From the NCBI RefSeq assembly GCF_009914755.1, contig NC_060947.1: a stretch of 64,000 nt of DNA. One strand, given 5' to 3'. This document shows positions 16,520 through 33,262 of the stretch, one piece after another. The stretch's first letter is position 1. Each line of letters begins with the position of its first letter. The notes under the pieces were generated by a model that was given only the letters and a program-made list of their open reading frames with translations, was not told where the DNA came from and searched no databases. Both the position numbers and the translations under genes were made by a program. Source of the stretch: the human T2T-CHM13v2.0 reference genome, Homo sapiens.

Positions 16520-19358
16520 TTTTAATAATTTCAACTTTTAGTTTAGATTGAGGGGTACAACATGTGCAGGTGTGTTACATGGGTATATTGTGTGATGCTG
16601 AGGTTTTGGGTACAATTGATCCCATCACCCTGGTACTGAGCATATGCACAGTAGTTTTTCAACCATTGGTACCTAATCCTCACTGTAGTAGCTCCAGTGT
16701 CTATCGTAGTCATCTGTATGTCCATGAGTACCCTTTTTTTTTAGCTTCCACATATAAATAAAAACATGCAGTATTTGGTTGTCTGTTTCTGCATTAACTG
16801 GCTTAGAATAATGGCCTCCAGCTGCATCCATGTTGCTGCAAAGGACACTATTTTTTTCCTTTTTATGGCTGTGTAGTATTCCCTGGTGTGGGTAACCCCA
16901 TTTCCTTCCCTATCCACCACTGATCGACACCTTGGTTGATTCCATGTCTTTGCTGTTGTGAACAGTGCTGTAATGAACATATGAGTGCATGTGTGAAAAA
17001 TTTATTTTCTTTTGGACATATATCCAGAAATGGGGTTGCTGGCTCAAATGGCAGTTTGGTTTTAAGTTTTTTGAGAAATCTCCAAGCTGTTTTTTTTACT
17101 GTGGCTGAACTAATTTACATTCCAAACAACAGTGTACATATTCCCTTTTCTCTGCAGCCTTACCAGTATCTGTTGTTTTTTGAATTATTAATATTAGCCA
17201 TTCTGACTGGTGTGAGATGGTATCTCATTGTGGTTTTGATTTACAGTTCTCTGATGATTAGTGATGTGGAGCATTTTTTCATGTTTGTTAGCTGCAAGCA
17301 TTTTTTTTTTTTTGAGAAGTTTCTGTTCATGTCTTTTGCCCATATTTAATGGGGTTGTTTTTTTGCTTGTTGAATTTTTGAGTTCCTTATAAATTCTGGA
17401 TATTAGACTTTTGTTGGATGCATAGTTTCTGAATATTTTATCCCATTCTGTAGGTTGTCTGTTTACTCTGTTGACAGCTTATTTTGCTGTGAAGAAACTG
17501 TTTAGTTTACTTAGGTCCCACTAGTCAATTTCTGTTTTTGTTGCAAATGTTTTTGAGGACTTAGTCATAAATTATTTCCCAAAGCTTATGTCCAGAATGG
17601 TGTTTCCTAGGTTTAATTCTAGGATTTCTGTAGTGTGAAATCTTATATTTTAATCTTTAATCTACCTTGAGTTAATTTTTGTATAAGATGAAATATAGGC
17701 GTCCATTTTCATTCTTCTGCATGTGGCTAGCCCAGTATCCCATCACAATTTATTGAATAAGGGGTCCCTTCACCATTGATTATTTTTGTTGACTTTGTTC
17801 AAGATCAAATGACTATAGGTGTGAGGTTTTATTTCTGGGTTCTCTATTATGTTTCGTTGGTCTATATGTCTTTTTTTGTACCAGTACCATGCTGTCTTGT
17901 TTACTGTAGCCTTATAGTGTAGTTTGAAGTTGGGTAGTGCAATGTCTCCAACTTTGTTCTTTTTGCTTAAAATTGCTTTGTCTATTTAGGCTTTTTTTTG
18001 GTTCCATGTGAAATTTAGAATAGCTTTTTGTAGTTATTTGAAAACTGATGTTGGTATCTTGATAGGAATAGATTGAATCTGTAGATTGCTCTGGGCAGTG
18101 TGTCCATTTTAACAGTATTGATTCTTCCAATCCATGAGGATGAAATGTTTTTCTTTTTGTTCGTATCATCTATGATTTATTTCGCAGTGTTTTGTAATTA
18201 TCCTTGTAGAGATCTTTCACCTCCACAGTTAGATGTATTCCTAGGTACTTTTTGTGTGCTGCTATTCCAAATGAGATTGTGTTATTGATTTGAGTCTCAG
18301 CTTGAATATTATTGTTGTATAGAAATTCCACTGATTTTTATACATTGATTTTGTATTCTAAAAGTTTATTGAATTCATTTCTTAGTTCCACAAGCCTTTT
18401 GGAGAAGTCTTTAGGGTTTTCTAGGTATAGAATTATATCATCAGCAAAGATGTAATTTGACTTCTTCTTTTCCTACTTGGATGTCTTTTATTTCTTTTTC
18501 TTGCCTGATTGCTCTGGAAAGGACTTCCTGATACCATGTTAAAGAGGAGTGGTGACAGTGGGCATCTTTGTCTTGTTTTAGTTCTCAAGGAAAATGCTTC
18601 TAGTATTTGCCCTTTCAGTTTAATGTTGGTTGTGGGTTTGTCATATATGGCTTTTATTATTTTTACATATGTTCTTTGTTACATAGTCTCTTAAGGATTT
18701 TTAGCATGAATGAATTTTAGATTTCATCAAAATTTTTTCCTGTGTATATTGAGACGATTGTATGATTTTTGTTTTTAATTCGGTTTATGTGGTGAATTAC
18801 ATTTGTTGATTGCATAAGTTGAATCAGCCTTGCATTCCAGGAATGAAGCCTTCCTGATCATAATGAATTCACTTTTTGATGTGCTGCTGAATTTTGTTTG
18901 CTAGTATTTCATTAAGGATTTTTGCATCTATGATTATCAGGGATATTGGCCTATAGTTTTCTTTTTTCATTGTGTCTTTGCCAAGTTTGGGTATCAGGGT
19001 GATGTTGGCTTCACAGAATGAGTTATGCAGGAGTTCCATCTCTTTGATTTTTTTGGAATAGCTTTAGAAAAATTGGTAATAGCTGTTCTTTGTATGTCTA
19101 ATAGAATTTGGCTGCAAATTCATCTGGTCCAGGGCTCTTTTTGTTAGTATATATTTTTATTACTGATTCAATTTTGGAATTAGATATTGATCTGTTTAGG
19201 ATTTCAATCTCTTCCCGATTCAAATTTGGGAGATTGCATTTCCAGGAATATATCTATTTTCTCTAGATTTTCTGTTTTGTGTGCATGAAGGTATTCATAA
19301 TAGTCTCTGAGGACTTTTTGTATTTCTGTGGGATTAGTTGTAATGTCACCTTTGTCAT
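16520..19358 (-). mobile_element. L1PA13-16-like L1, 5'-truncated (~2.8 kb)
   Basis: 3' UTR tcaacttttagtttagattgaggggtac...gatgctgaggttttgggtacaattgatccc; ORF2 C-terminal peptide at 16741..16980. Confidence 0.85.
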
Positions 19359-20818
19359 ATTAACCACTTCTAAGTGTACAGTTCAGTAGTGTTCACATTG
19401 TTGTGCACCATTCTCAAGAAATTTTCATCTTGTACAACTTGAATTCTATATCCATTAGACAAAAAATCTTAATTGTCTCTGCTCACCAGCCCTGGCAGAT
19501 ACCATTCTTTCTCTTTCTATAAATTTCATTACTCTAGATACCTCATATAAGTGGAAAATATAGTATTTGTCTTTTTTGACGGATTTATTTTACATAGCAT
19601 GTGTCCTCAAAGTTCATTCATGCTAACATTTGTCAGAATTTCCTTCCTTTTTAAGGCTGAATAATATTCCAGTATATGTATGTGCCACATTTTCTTTATC
19701 CATTTATCTGTCAAAGGATATTTGGGTTGCTTCCACATCTTAGCAACTGTGCATAGTGCTGCTATGAACATGGGTGTGAAAATATTTTTCCAAGAGCCCA
19801 CTTTCAACTCTTTTGTATATATACCCAGAAGCGGAATTTCTGGGTCATGTGGTAATTCTATTTAATTGTGTAAGCAACCATCATACTGTTTTTCATAGCA
19901 AGTAAACCATTTTAGGTTCTTCCCAACAGTGCACAAGGGTTCTAATTTTTCCACATCCTCCAAAACTTGTTACTTTCTGTTTTTTTTTTTTTAAATAGGC
20001 ATCCATCTTAATGGGCATGAGATGATATTTCATCTTTTCTTGATTTGCATTTCCCTAATAAGTGATGTTAAGCATTTTCATATGCTTGTTGCAATTATTA
20101 TATAATCTTTCAAAAATGTATATTCAAATGTTTTGCCTATTAAAAAAATCAAGTGATTTGATTTCTTGTTGTTGAGTTGTAAACGTTTTAAATTTTTCTG
20201 GATGTTAACTCTTTATTCAAATATATGGTGCACAAATATTTCATCCCATTCCATAAGTTTTTTACTCTGTTGATTGTTTCTTTTGATATACAGCAACTTT
20301 TTGTTTTAATGTAGTCCAGTTTGTCTATTTTTGCTTTTGGTACCTGTACTTTTGGTGTAATATTCAAGAAATCCTTACCAAATCCAATGTCATGAGGCTT
20401 TTCCTTAATATTTTCTTCTAGGATTTTTATAATTTTAAATATTAAATCTTTGTCTTTTATCCAAATTTAGTTATTTTTTGTGTATGTTGTAAGGTGAGGG
20501 TCCAACTTCATTATTTTGCATTTGGATTCAGTGTTTCCCAGCACTATTTGTTGAAGACACCATCCTTTTTCTATTGAATGGTCTTGACACCCTTGTCAAA
20601 AATCATTTCATCATATATGTGAAGGTCTATTTTTTGGACTTTCTATCCTACTACATTGGGCTATATGTATGACTTTATGCCACTACCATGCTATTTTGAT
20701 TATGGTAGTTTTATAATTTGGAATCAAGAAGTGTGAGACCTCTAACTTCATTTTTCTTTTTCAAGATATTTTCGGTTGTTCAGGGTCCCTTGAGATTCTA
20801 TATAGATTTTTGGATGAG
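19356..20818 (-). mobile_element. L1MB 3' region (continuation of 12495-12595)
   Basis: aagtgtacagttcagtagt...ctcatataagtggaa motif; ORF2 C-terminal peptide at 19607..19807. Confidence 0.85.
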
Positions 20819-20824
20819 TTACTA

Positions 20825-22181
20825 ATTTTTAAAAACAGCTTTATTGAGATATAATTCGCATACCATACAAACAACCCCTTTAAAATATATAATTTGATAT
20901 TTCTGGTATATTACAGGTACGTGCAAACATCACCACAGTCAATTTTAAAGCATTTCATCACCTCAAAAAGAAACCATGTATTCTTTAGATATCACCCCAG
21001 TAACAACCCATTTGCCTTCCTCCAACCCTAAACAACCACTAGTGTACTTTTTGTATCTATAAATTCCTCTGTTTTGGACTTTCATATGAATGGAATAATA
21101 CAATATCTGGCCTTTTGCGACAGGCTTTATTCACATAGCGTAATATTTTCAAGGTTCATTCATGTTGCATTTCAAGGTTCGTTCATGTAACATGTATTAG
21201 TACTTCAATTATTTTTATGGTCAAACTATTTTCCGTTGTATGAATGTACCACATTTTGTCCATCCATTCATCTATTGAGGAAGAATTTGAGTTGTTTTCA
21301 CCTTTCGACTGTTATAAAAAATGCTGTTATAAACACACATTACAAGTTTCTTTGTTGATATATGTTTTCATTTCTCAGGGTTTGGTATGTTTGAGTAGAA
21401 TTGCTAGGTCATATGGTAATTCTATGTTTACCTCATTGGGGAGTCTCCAAACTGTTTTCCACAGTGATTACATGGTTATATTTCCACCAGAAATGCAGTA
21501 GAATACCAATATTTGCACATACTCACCAACAATTAATTTTTCTTAATAGTAGCCATCTGTCTTAGTTCCTTCAGGCCACTTGAAGAAAATATCTTAGCCT
21601 GGGTAATTTATAAACAATACAATTTTATTTCTTACAGTGCTGTAGGCTGGGAAGTCCAAGGTCAAGTCATCTGCAGATTTGGTGTCTGGAGAGGGCCCAC
21701 TCACAGATAATGCCTTTTATGTGCCTTCACATAGTACAAGAGGAAAATAAACTCTTTCTGGCCTCTTTTATAAGGACACTAATCCCTTTCATAGGGGGCT
21801 GTAATTACTTTTTAAAGACCACACTTCTTAATACTATTGCACTGGGGAGTTAGGTTTCAACATGTGAGTCTTGGGTGGACACAAACACTCAGAATATAGC
21901 ACCATTCTAGTGGATATGAAGTGATAAATTGTGGTTTTGAGTTGCATTTTCCTAACAACTAATGATTTTGAACATCTTTTCATGTTCTTATTGGCTAATT
22001 GTATATCTTCTTTGGAGAAATGTCTGTTCAAATGTCTTTTGCCTATTTTTGAATTGTGTTGTTTTTTTGGTTGTTGTTGAGTTGCAGGAACACTTTACCT
22101 ATTCTGGATATTAATCCCTTATTAGGTATATTATTTGCATATATATATATTCTTCTTTTCTCTGTGCTATCTTTTTACTTT
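20825..22181 (-). mobile_element. Second L1MB (L1MB7/8-like), part 1; resumes at 33263
   Basis: aacagctttattgagatataattc 3'-end motif; interrupted by MLT1A and L1PB1. Confidence 0.75.
21558..21901 (-). mobile_element. MLT1A-type MaLR solo LTR
   Basis: tgtcttagttc...ggctgggaagtccaag...agaatatagca termini; 5-bp TSD ccatc/ccatt. Confidence 0.85.
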
Positions 22182-22793
22182 TGTAAAAAAATTTATTTCC
22201 ATACATTTTTGGGGAACAGATGATATTTTGTTACATAAGTAAGTTCTTTAGTGGTGATTTCTGAGATTTTGGTGCACCCATCAACTGAGCAGTACACACT
22301 GAGCCCAATTTATAGTCTTTTATCCTTCACCCCCCTTCACCCATCCCCCGAGTCCCCCAAGTCCACTGTATTATCCTTATGTCTTTGCATCCTCATAGCT
22401 TAGCTCCCATTATAAGTGAGAACATACAATGTTTGATTATTCATTCGTGAGTTACTTTACTTAGAATATTAGTCTCTAGTCCCATCAAAGTTGTTGTGAA
22501 TGCCATTATTTCGTTCCTTTTTATTGCTGAGTTGTATTCCATCATATATATATACACACACATATATACATATGTGTATACACATATACATACACATATA
22601 TATGTATCAAATTCTCTATCTACTCATTGATTGAAGGGCATATGGGCTGGTTCCATATTTTTGCAATTGCAAATTGTGCTGCTATAAATCTGCAGGTGCA
22701 GGTATCTTTTTCATATAATAAATTATTTTCTTCTAGGTAGATAACCAGTAGTGGGATTGGTGAATCAAATGGTAGTTCTACCTTTAGTTCTTT
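22182..22793 (-). mobile_element. L1PB1 3' end, part 1
   Basis: ttttggggaacag...aagttctttagtggtgatttctgagattttggtgcacccatc is diagnostic of L1PB; left TSD tctttttacttt at 22170-22181. Confidence 0.9.
22544..22605. repeat. (TA)n/(CA)n compound microsatellite
   Basis: tatatatatacacacacatatatacatatgtgtatac... Confidence 0.85.
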
Positions 22794-22798
22794 TTTTT

Positions 22799-22980
22799 AT
22801 GTAAATACGTGATATTCATTTCAGGTATGCTCTACAGGCAATCGGTTATGAAACAGAAATGCATATTCACAGGGGCTTAGCTATTATTACATCAGAAAGG
22901 TGACTTTCCAAGCCCAGCTGCTACAAACACTTTATAATATTTTTATCAATTATCCTGTATAATACACAATGTTGATAAAT
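22799..22980 (-). other. 3'-transduced unique sequence carried by the full-length L1
   Basis: Non-L1 sequence between two T-tracts, lying inside the TSD pair 22778-22793 / 29163-29178. Confidence 0.85.
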
Positions 22981-23208
22981 TTTCTTTATTTTATTTTATT
23001 ATTATTATACTTTAAGCTTTAGGGTACATGTTCACAATGTGCAGGTTAGTTACGTATGTATACATGTGCCATGTTGGTGTGCGGCACCCATTAACTCGTC
23101 ATTTAGCATTAGGTATATCTCCTAATGCTATCCCTACCCCCTTCCCCCACCCCACAACAGGCCCCGGAGTGTGATGTTCCCCTTCCTGTGCCCATGTGTT
23201 CTCATTGT

Positions 23209-27034
<3,826 letters not shown>

Positions 27035-27098
27035 TATGATGCCAGCTGGTTATTTTGGTCGTTAGTTGATGCACTTTTTGTCCTAGCCTTGATGGTTT

Positions 27099-28116
27099 TT
27101 ACATTTTCGCATGTTTTTGCAGTGGCTGGTACTGGTTGCTCCTTTCCATGTTTAGTGCTTCCTTCAGGAGCTCTTTTAGGGCAGGCCTGGTGGTGACAAA
27201 ATCTCTCAGCATTTGCTTGTCTGTAAAGTATTTTATTTCTCCTTCACTTATGAAGCTTAGTTTGGCTGGATATGAAATTCTGGGTTGAAAATTCTTTTTT
27301 TTAGGAATGTTGAATATCGGCCCCCACTCTCTTCTGGCTTGTAGAGTTTCTGCTGAGAGATCAGCTGTTAGTCTGATGGGCTTCCCTTTGTGGGTAACCC
27401 AACCTTTCTCTCTGGCTGCCCTTAACATTTTTTCCTTCATTTCAACTTTGGTGAATCTGACAATTATGTTTCTTGGAGTTGTTCTTCTCGAGGAGTTTCT
27501 TTGTGACATTCTCTGTGTTTCCTGAATCTGAATGTTGGCCTGCCTTGCTAGATTGGGGAAGTTCTCCTGGATAATATCCTGCAGAGTGTTTTCCAACTTG
27601 GTTCCATTCTCCCCATCACTTTCAGGTGCACCAATCAGATGTAGATTTGGTGTTTTCACATAGTCCCACATTTCTTGGAGGCTTTGTTCGTTTCTTTTTA
27701 TTCTTTTTTCTCTAAACTTCCCTTCTCACTTCATTTCATTCATTTCATCTTCCATCACTGATACCCTTTCTTCCAGTTGATCACATCGGCTCCTGAGGCT
27801 TCTGCATTCTTCACGTAGTTCTCAAACCTTGGCTTTCAGCTCCATCAGCTCCTTTAAAGACTTCTCTGCATTGGTTATTCTAGTTATCCATTCGTTCAAT
27901 TTTTTTTTCAAAGTTTTTAACTTCTTTGCCGTTGGTTTGAATTTCCTCCTGTAGCTCGTAGTAGTTTGATCGTTTGAAGCCTTCTTCTCTCAGCTTGTCA
28001 AAGTCATTCTTCATCCAGCTTTGTTCCATTGCTGGTGAGGAGCTGCATTCCTTTGGAGGAGGAGAGGCCCTCTGCTTTTTAGAGTTTCCAGTTTTTCTGA
28101 TCTGTTTTTTCCCCAT
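27099..28116 (-). pseudogene. Disrupted L1 ORF1 of copy B
   Basis: MGKKQIRKTGNSKKQ... frameshifts near the T-run at ~27900; C-terminal part ends ...QPLQKHAKM*. Confidence 0.95.
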
Positions 28117-29158
28117 CTTTGTGGCTTATCTACTTTTGGTCTTTGATGATGGTGACGTACAGAAGGGTTTTTGGTGTGGATGTCCTTTCTGTTTGTTAGT
28201 TTTCCTTCTAACAGACAGGACCCTCAGCTGCAGGTCTGTTGGAGCTTGCTAGAGGTCCACTCCATACCCTGTTTGCCTGGGCATCAGCAGTGGTGGCTGC
28301 AGAACAGTGGTGGCTGTAGAACAGTGCATCTTGGTGAACCACAAATGCTGCTGCCTGATTGTTCCTCTGGAAGTTTTGTCTCAGAGGAGTACCCGGCCGT
28401 GTGAGGTGTCAGTCTACCCCTACTGGGCGTGCCTCTCAGTTAGGCTGCTCGGGGGTCAAGGACCCACTTGAGGAGGCAATCTGCCCATTCTCAGATTTCC
28501 AGCTGTATGTTGGGAGAACCACTACTCTCTTCAAAGCTGTCAGACAGGGACATTTAAGTCTGCAGAGGTTACTGCTGTCTTTTTGTTTGTCTGTGCCCTG
28601 CCCCCAGAGGTGGAGCCTACAGAGGCAGGCAGGCCTCCTTGAGCTGTGTTGGGCTCCACCCAGTTCGAGCTTCCCAGCTGCTTTGTTTACCTAATCAAGC
28701 CTGGGCAATGGCAGGCGCCCCTCCCCCAGCCTCACTGCCACCTTGCAGTTTGATCTCAGACTGCTGTGCTAGCAATCAGCGAGACTCCATGGGCGTAGGA
28801 CCCTCTGAGCCAGGTGCGGCATATAATCTCCTGGTGTGCCAGTTTTTAAGCCCATTGGAAAAGCAGAGTATTAGGGTGGGAGTGACCCGATTTTCCAGGT
28901 GCCCTCTCTCACCCCTTTCTTTGACTAGGAAAGGGAACTCCCTGACCCCTTATGCTTCCCGAGTGAGGCAATGCCTCGCCCTGCTTCAGCTCGTGCACGG
29001 TGTGCTGCACCCACTGTCCTGCACCCACTGTCTGGCACTCCCTAGTGAGATGAGTCTAGTACCTCAGATGGAAATGCAGAAATCACCCATCTTCTGCGTC
29101 ACTCACACTGGGAGCTGTAGACCGGAGCTGTTCCTATTCGGCCATCTTGGCTCCACCC
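28117..29158 (-). promoter_or_regulatory. L1 5' UTR with internal sense and antisense promoters; YY1 site at ~29141-29149
   Basis: gccatcttg (CAAGATGGC on the minus strand) near the 5' end; many CpGs have decayed. Confidence 0.7.
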
Positions 29159-29172
29159 GATACTATTTTTAG
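28708..29172 (+). CDS. ORF0: L1 antisense ORF0, open and extended (154 aa); expression unknown
   Basis: MAGAPPPASLPPCSLISDCCASNQRDS matches the primate L1 ORF0 N-terminus; gcaATGg context; stop at 29170-29172. Confidence 0.55.
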   Translation: MAGAPPPASLPPCSLISDCCASNQRDSMGVGPSEPGAAYNLLVCQFLSPLEKQSIRVGVTRFSRCPLSPLSLTRKGNSLTPYASRVRQCLALLQLVHGVLHPLSCTHCLALPSEMSLVPQMEMQKSPIFCVTHTGSCRPELFLFGHLGSTRYYF

Positions 29173-32100
29173 TTCTTTAAGGAATCTTCACACTGTTTTC
29201 ATAGTGGTTGTACTTGTTTACATTCCCAACGGCAGTGTAGAAGTGTTCCCTTTTCACCATATCCACGACAAGATCTATTATTTTTTGATTTTTTGATTAT
29301 GGCCATTCTTGCAGAAGTAAGGTGACATTGCATTGTGGTTTTGATTTGCATTTTCCTGATCATTAATGATGTTTTGCATTTTTTTCATACATTCGTTGGC
29401 TATTTGTATATATTCTTTTGAGAATTGTCTATTCATGTCCTTAGTCTGCATTTTGATGGGATTGTTTGCTTTTTTCTTGCTAATTTGTTTGAGTTTCTTG
29501 AAGATTCTGCATATTAGTCCTTTGTTGCATGTATAGATTGTGAAGGTTTTCTCACACTCTGTGGGTGGTCTATTTACTCTGCTGACATTTTTTTTTTCCT
29601 GTGCAAAAGCTCTTTAGTTTAATTAAGTCCCAGCTATTTATTTTTGTTTTTGTTGCATTTGCTTTTGAGTTCTTGGTCATAATGTTTTTGCCTAACTCAA
29701 TATCTAGAAGGCTTTTTTCAATGTTATTTTCTAAAATTTTTACAGTTTCAGTTCTTAGATATAAGTCCTTGATCCATCCTGAGTTGATTTTTGTATAAGG
29801 TTAGAGATGAGGATCCAGTTTCATTCTCCTACATGGGGCTTGCCAATTATCTCAGCACCATTTGTTGAAAAGGGTGTCCTTTCCCCACTATATGTTTCAT
29901 TTGCTTTGTCGAACATCAGTTGGCTGTAAGTATTTGGCTTTATTTCTGGGTTCTGTCTTTGGTTCCATTGGTCTATGTGCCTATTTTTATGCAAGTACCA
30001 TGCTTTTTTTAAATGAATATGGCCTTATAGTATAGTTTGAAGTCGAGTATTGTGATACTTCCAGATTTATTCTTTTTGCTTAGTCTTGCCTTGGCTATGC
30101 AGGCTCTTTTTTGGTTCCATATTAATTTTAAGATTGTTTTTTCTAGTTCTATGAAGAAATGATTGTGATATTTTAATGGGAATTGCATTGAGTTTGTAGA
30201 TTGCTTTTGGCAGTATGATCATTTTCACAATGTTGATTCTACCCATCTATGAACATGGAAAGTGTTTTCATTTGTTTGTGTCATCTATGATTTCCTTCAG
30301 CAGTGTTTTGTAGTTTTTCTTGTAGAGGTCTTTCACCTCCTTGGTTAGGTATATTCCTAAGTATTTTATTTTAATTTTTTTGTAGCTATTGTAAAAGGGG
30401 TTTAGTTCTTTATTTGATTATCATTTTGGTCACTGCTGCAGTACAGCAGAGCTACTGATTTGTGTACATTAATTTTGTATCCTAAAATTTTGCTGAATTT
30501 ATGAGTGCTAGGAGCTTTTTGGATGAGTCTTTAGGGTTTTCTGTGTATGCAGTCAGATTATTAACAAGCAGACAGTTTGATTTTCTCTTTAGTTATTTGG
30601 ATTCCCTTTATTTATTTCTTCCTCTTGTCTGATTGCTCTGGCTAGGAATTCCAGTACTATGTTGAATAGAAGTGGTGAGAGTGAGCAGTCTTGTCTTGTT
30701 CCAATTCTCAGAGGGAATGTTTTCAACCTTACACCATTCAGTATTATGTTGAATGTGTGTTTATCATAGATAACTTTTATTACATTGAGGTATGTACCTT
30801 GTATGCTGATTTTCCTGAGGGTTGTAATCATAAAATGATGCTGGTTTTTGTCAAATGGTTTTTCTCCATCTATTGAGATGATCATGTGATTTTTACTTAT
30901 ATTTCTGTTTATGTGGTGTATCACATTTATTGAGTTTTGTATGTTAAAACATCCCTGCATCCCTGGTATAAAACTCACTTGATCATGGTGGATTATCCTT
31001 TCTATATGCTGTTGGATTTTGTTAGCTAGTATTTTATTGAAGCTTTTTGCATCTATGTTCATCAGAGATATTGGTCTGTAGTTTTCTCTTTTTGTTATGT
31101 CCTTTTCTGGTTTTGGTATTAGGGTAATACTGGCTCTGTAGAATGATTTAGGGAGGACTCCTTGTTCTACCTTGTGGAATAGTGTCAATAGGATTGGTAC
31201 CAATTCTTCTTTGAATGTTTGACAGATTTCAGTCGTGAATCCATCTGGAACCTTTTTTTATGGTAATTTTTTATTACCATTTCAATCTTGCTCCTTGTTA
31301 TTGGTCTGTTCAGGGTTTCTAATTCTTCCTGTTTTAAGCTAGGAGGGTTGTATATTTCCAGGAATTTATCCATCTCTTCTAGGTTATCTATCTTGTGTGC
31401 ATACAGGTGTGTTCATAGTAGCCTTGAATGATCTTTTCTATTTCTGTGGTATCACTTGTAATATCTCCCATTTCATTTCTAATTGAGCTTATTTGGATCT
31501 TCTCTCTTCTTTTTATGGTTAATCTTGCTAATGGTCTATAAATTTTATTTATCTTTTCAAAGAACCAGCTTTATGTTTCATTTATCTTTTGTGTCTTTTT
31601 TTCAATTCCATGTAGTTCTGCTCTGATCTTGGTTATTTCTTTTCTTCTGGTGGGTTTGGATTTGGTTTGCTCTTGTTTTTCCAGTTTGTTGCGGTGTGAC
31701 CTTGGATTGTCCATTTGTGCTCCTTCAGACTTTTTGAGGTAGGCATTGAAGGCTATGAACTTTCCTCTTAGCACATCCTTTGCTGTATCCCAGAGGTTTT
31801 GGTAGGCTGTGCCACTATTATTGTTAAGTTTGAAAAATTTTTAAATTTCCATCTTGATTTCGCTGTTGACCCAATGATCATTCAGAAGCAGGTTATTTAA
31901 TTTCCATGTAGTTGCATGGTTTTGAAGGTTTCTTTTGGAATTTGTTTTCAATTTTATTCCACTGTGTTCTGAGAAACAGTGTGATATAATTTAGATTTTC
32001 TTAAATTTATTAAAACTTGTTTTGTGGTGTATCATATGGTCTATCTTGGAGAACGTTCCATGCACTGATGAATAGAATGTATATTCTGCAGCTGTTGGGT

Positions 32101-33207
32101 AGAATGTTCTGTAAGTAACTGTTAAGTCCATTTGTTCTAGTGTATAGTTTAAATCCATTGTTTCTTTGCTAACTTTTTGTCTTGGTGACTGATCTAGTGC
32201 TGTCAGTGGAGTATTGAATTCCCCCACTATTATTGTGTTGCTGTCTATCTCATTTCTTAGGTCTAGTAGTAATTGTTTTGTAAATCTGGGAGCTCCAGTG
32301 TTAGGTGCATATATATTTAGGACTGTGATATTTTCCTCTTGGAAAAAGCCTTTTATCATTATATAATGTCCTCCTTTTTCTTTTTAGACTGCTGTTGCTT
32401 TGCTGTTTGTTTTGTTTAATATAAGAATAGCTACTCCTGCTCACTTTTGGTTACCATTTACATAGAATGTCTTTTTACACCTTTTTACCTTAAGTTTATG
32501 TGAGTCCTTATGTGTTACGTGAGTCTCTTGAAGACAGCAGATACTTGATTGGTTAATTCTTATCCATTCTGCCATTCTTTATTTTTTAAGTGGAACATTT
32601 AGGTCATTTACATTCAATGTTACTATTGAGATGTGAGATGCTATTCGTTTTGCTAATTGTTGCCTGAATACCTTGTTTTTTTATTCATTGTGTTATTTTT
32701 TATAGGCCCTGTGAGATTTATGCTTTAAGGAGGTTATGTTCTGGTGTATTTCAAGGATTTGTTTCAAGATTTAGAGCTGCTTTCAGCAGTTCTTATAATG
32801 CTGGCTTGGTAGTGGCAAATTCTCCTGGAATTTGTTTGTCTGAAAAAGTCTTTATCTTTTCTTCATTTATGAAGTTTAGTTTCACTGGATAGAAAATTCC
32901 TGGCTGATAATTGCTTTGTTTAAGAAGACTAAAGATAGAATCTGAATCCCTTCTGGCTTGTAGGATTTCTGCTGAGAAATCTGCAGTTAATCTGATAGAT
33001 TTTTCTTTATAGGTTACCTGATGCTTTTGGCTCACAGATCTCAAAATTCTTCCTTTTACCTTGACTTCAGATAACCTGATGACTATGTGGCTAGGTGATG
33101 TTGTTTTCATAATGAATTTTCCAGTTGTTCTTTGAGCTTCTTGTATTTGAATGTCTAGATCTCTAGCAAGCCCAAGGAAGTTTTCTTCAATTATTTTCCC
33201 AAATATG
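29163..33207 (-). mobile_element. L1PB1 part 2 (ORF2 and partial ORF1), 5'-truncated
   Basis: Continues 22793; peptides at 30589..31203, 31991..32359 and 32793..33110; right TSD tctttttacttt at 33263-33274. Confidence 0.9.
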
Positions 33208-33262
33208 GTTGCCGTCTGATGAGCCGTATCTGTCCCTTAAGAAAGAGCTGTGGTCAGTGGCC
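33208..33262 (-). pseudogene. FOLR1: 55-nt fragment resembling the FOLR1 mRNA 5' end, fused to L1PB1
   Basis: Minus strand GGCCACTGACCACAGCTCTTTCTTAAGGGACAGATACGGCTCATCAGACGGCAAC versus recalled FOLR1 GCCACTGACCACAGCTCTTTCTTCAGGGACAGACATGGCTCAGCGGATGACAAC (47/54 by manual alignment from memory). Confidence 0.7.

Noticed and set aside
33211-33262. Hammerhead-like CTGATGA...GAAA...GTC on the plus strand
   Set aside because: Stems II and III do not pair as required; the FOLR1-like antisense reading explains the sequence better.
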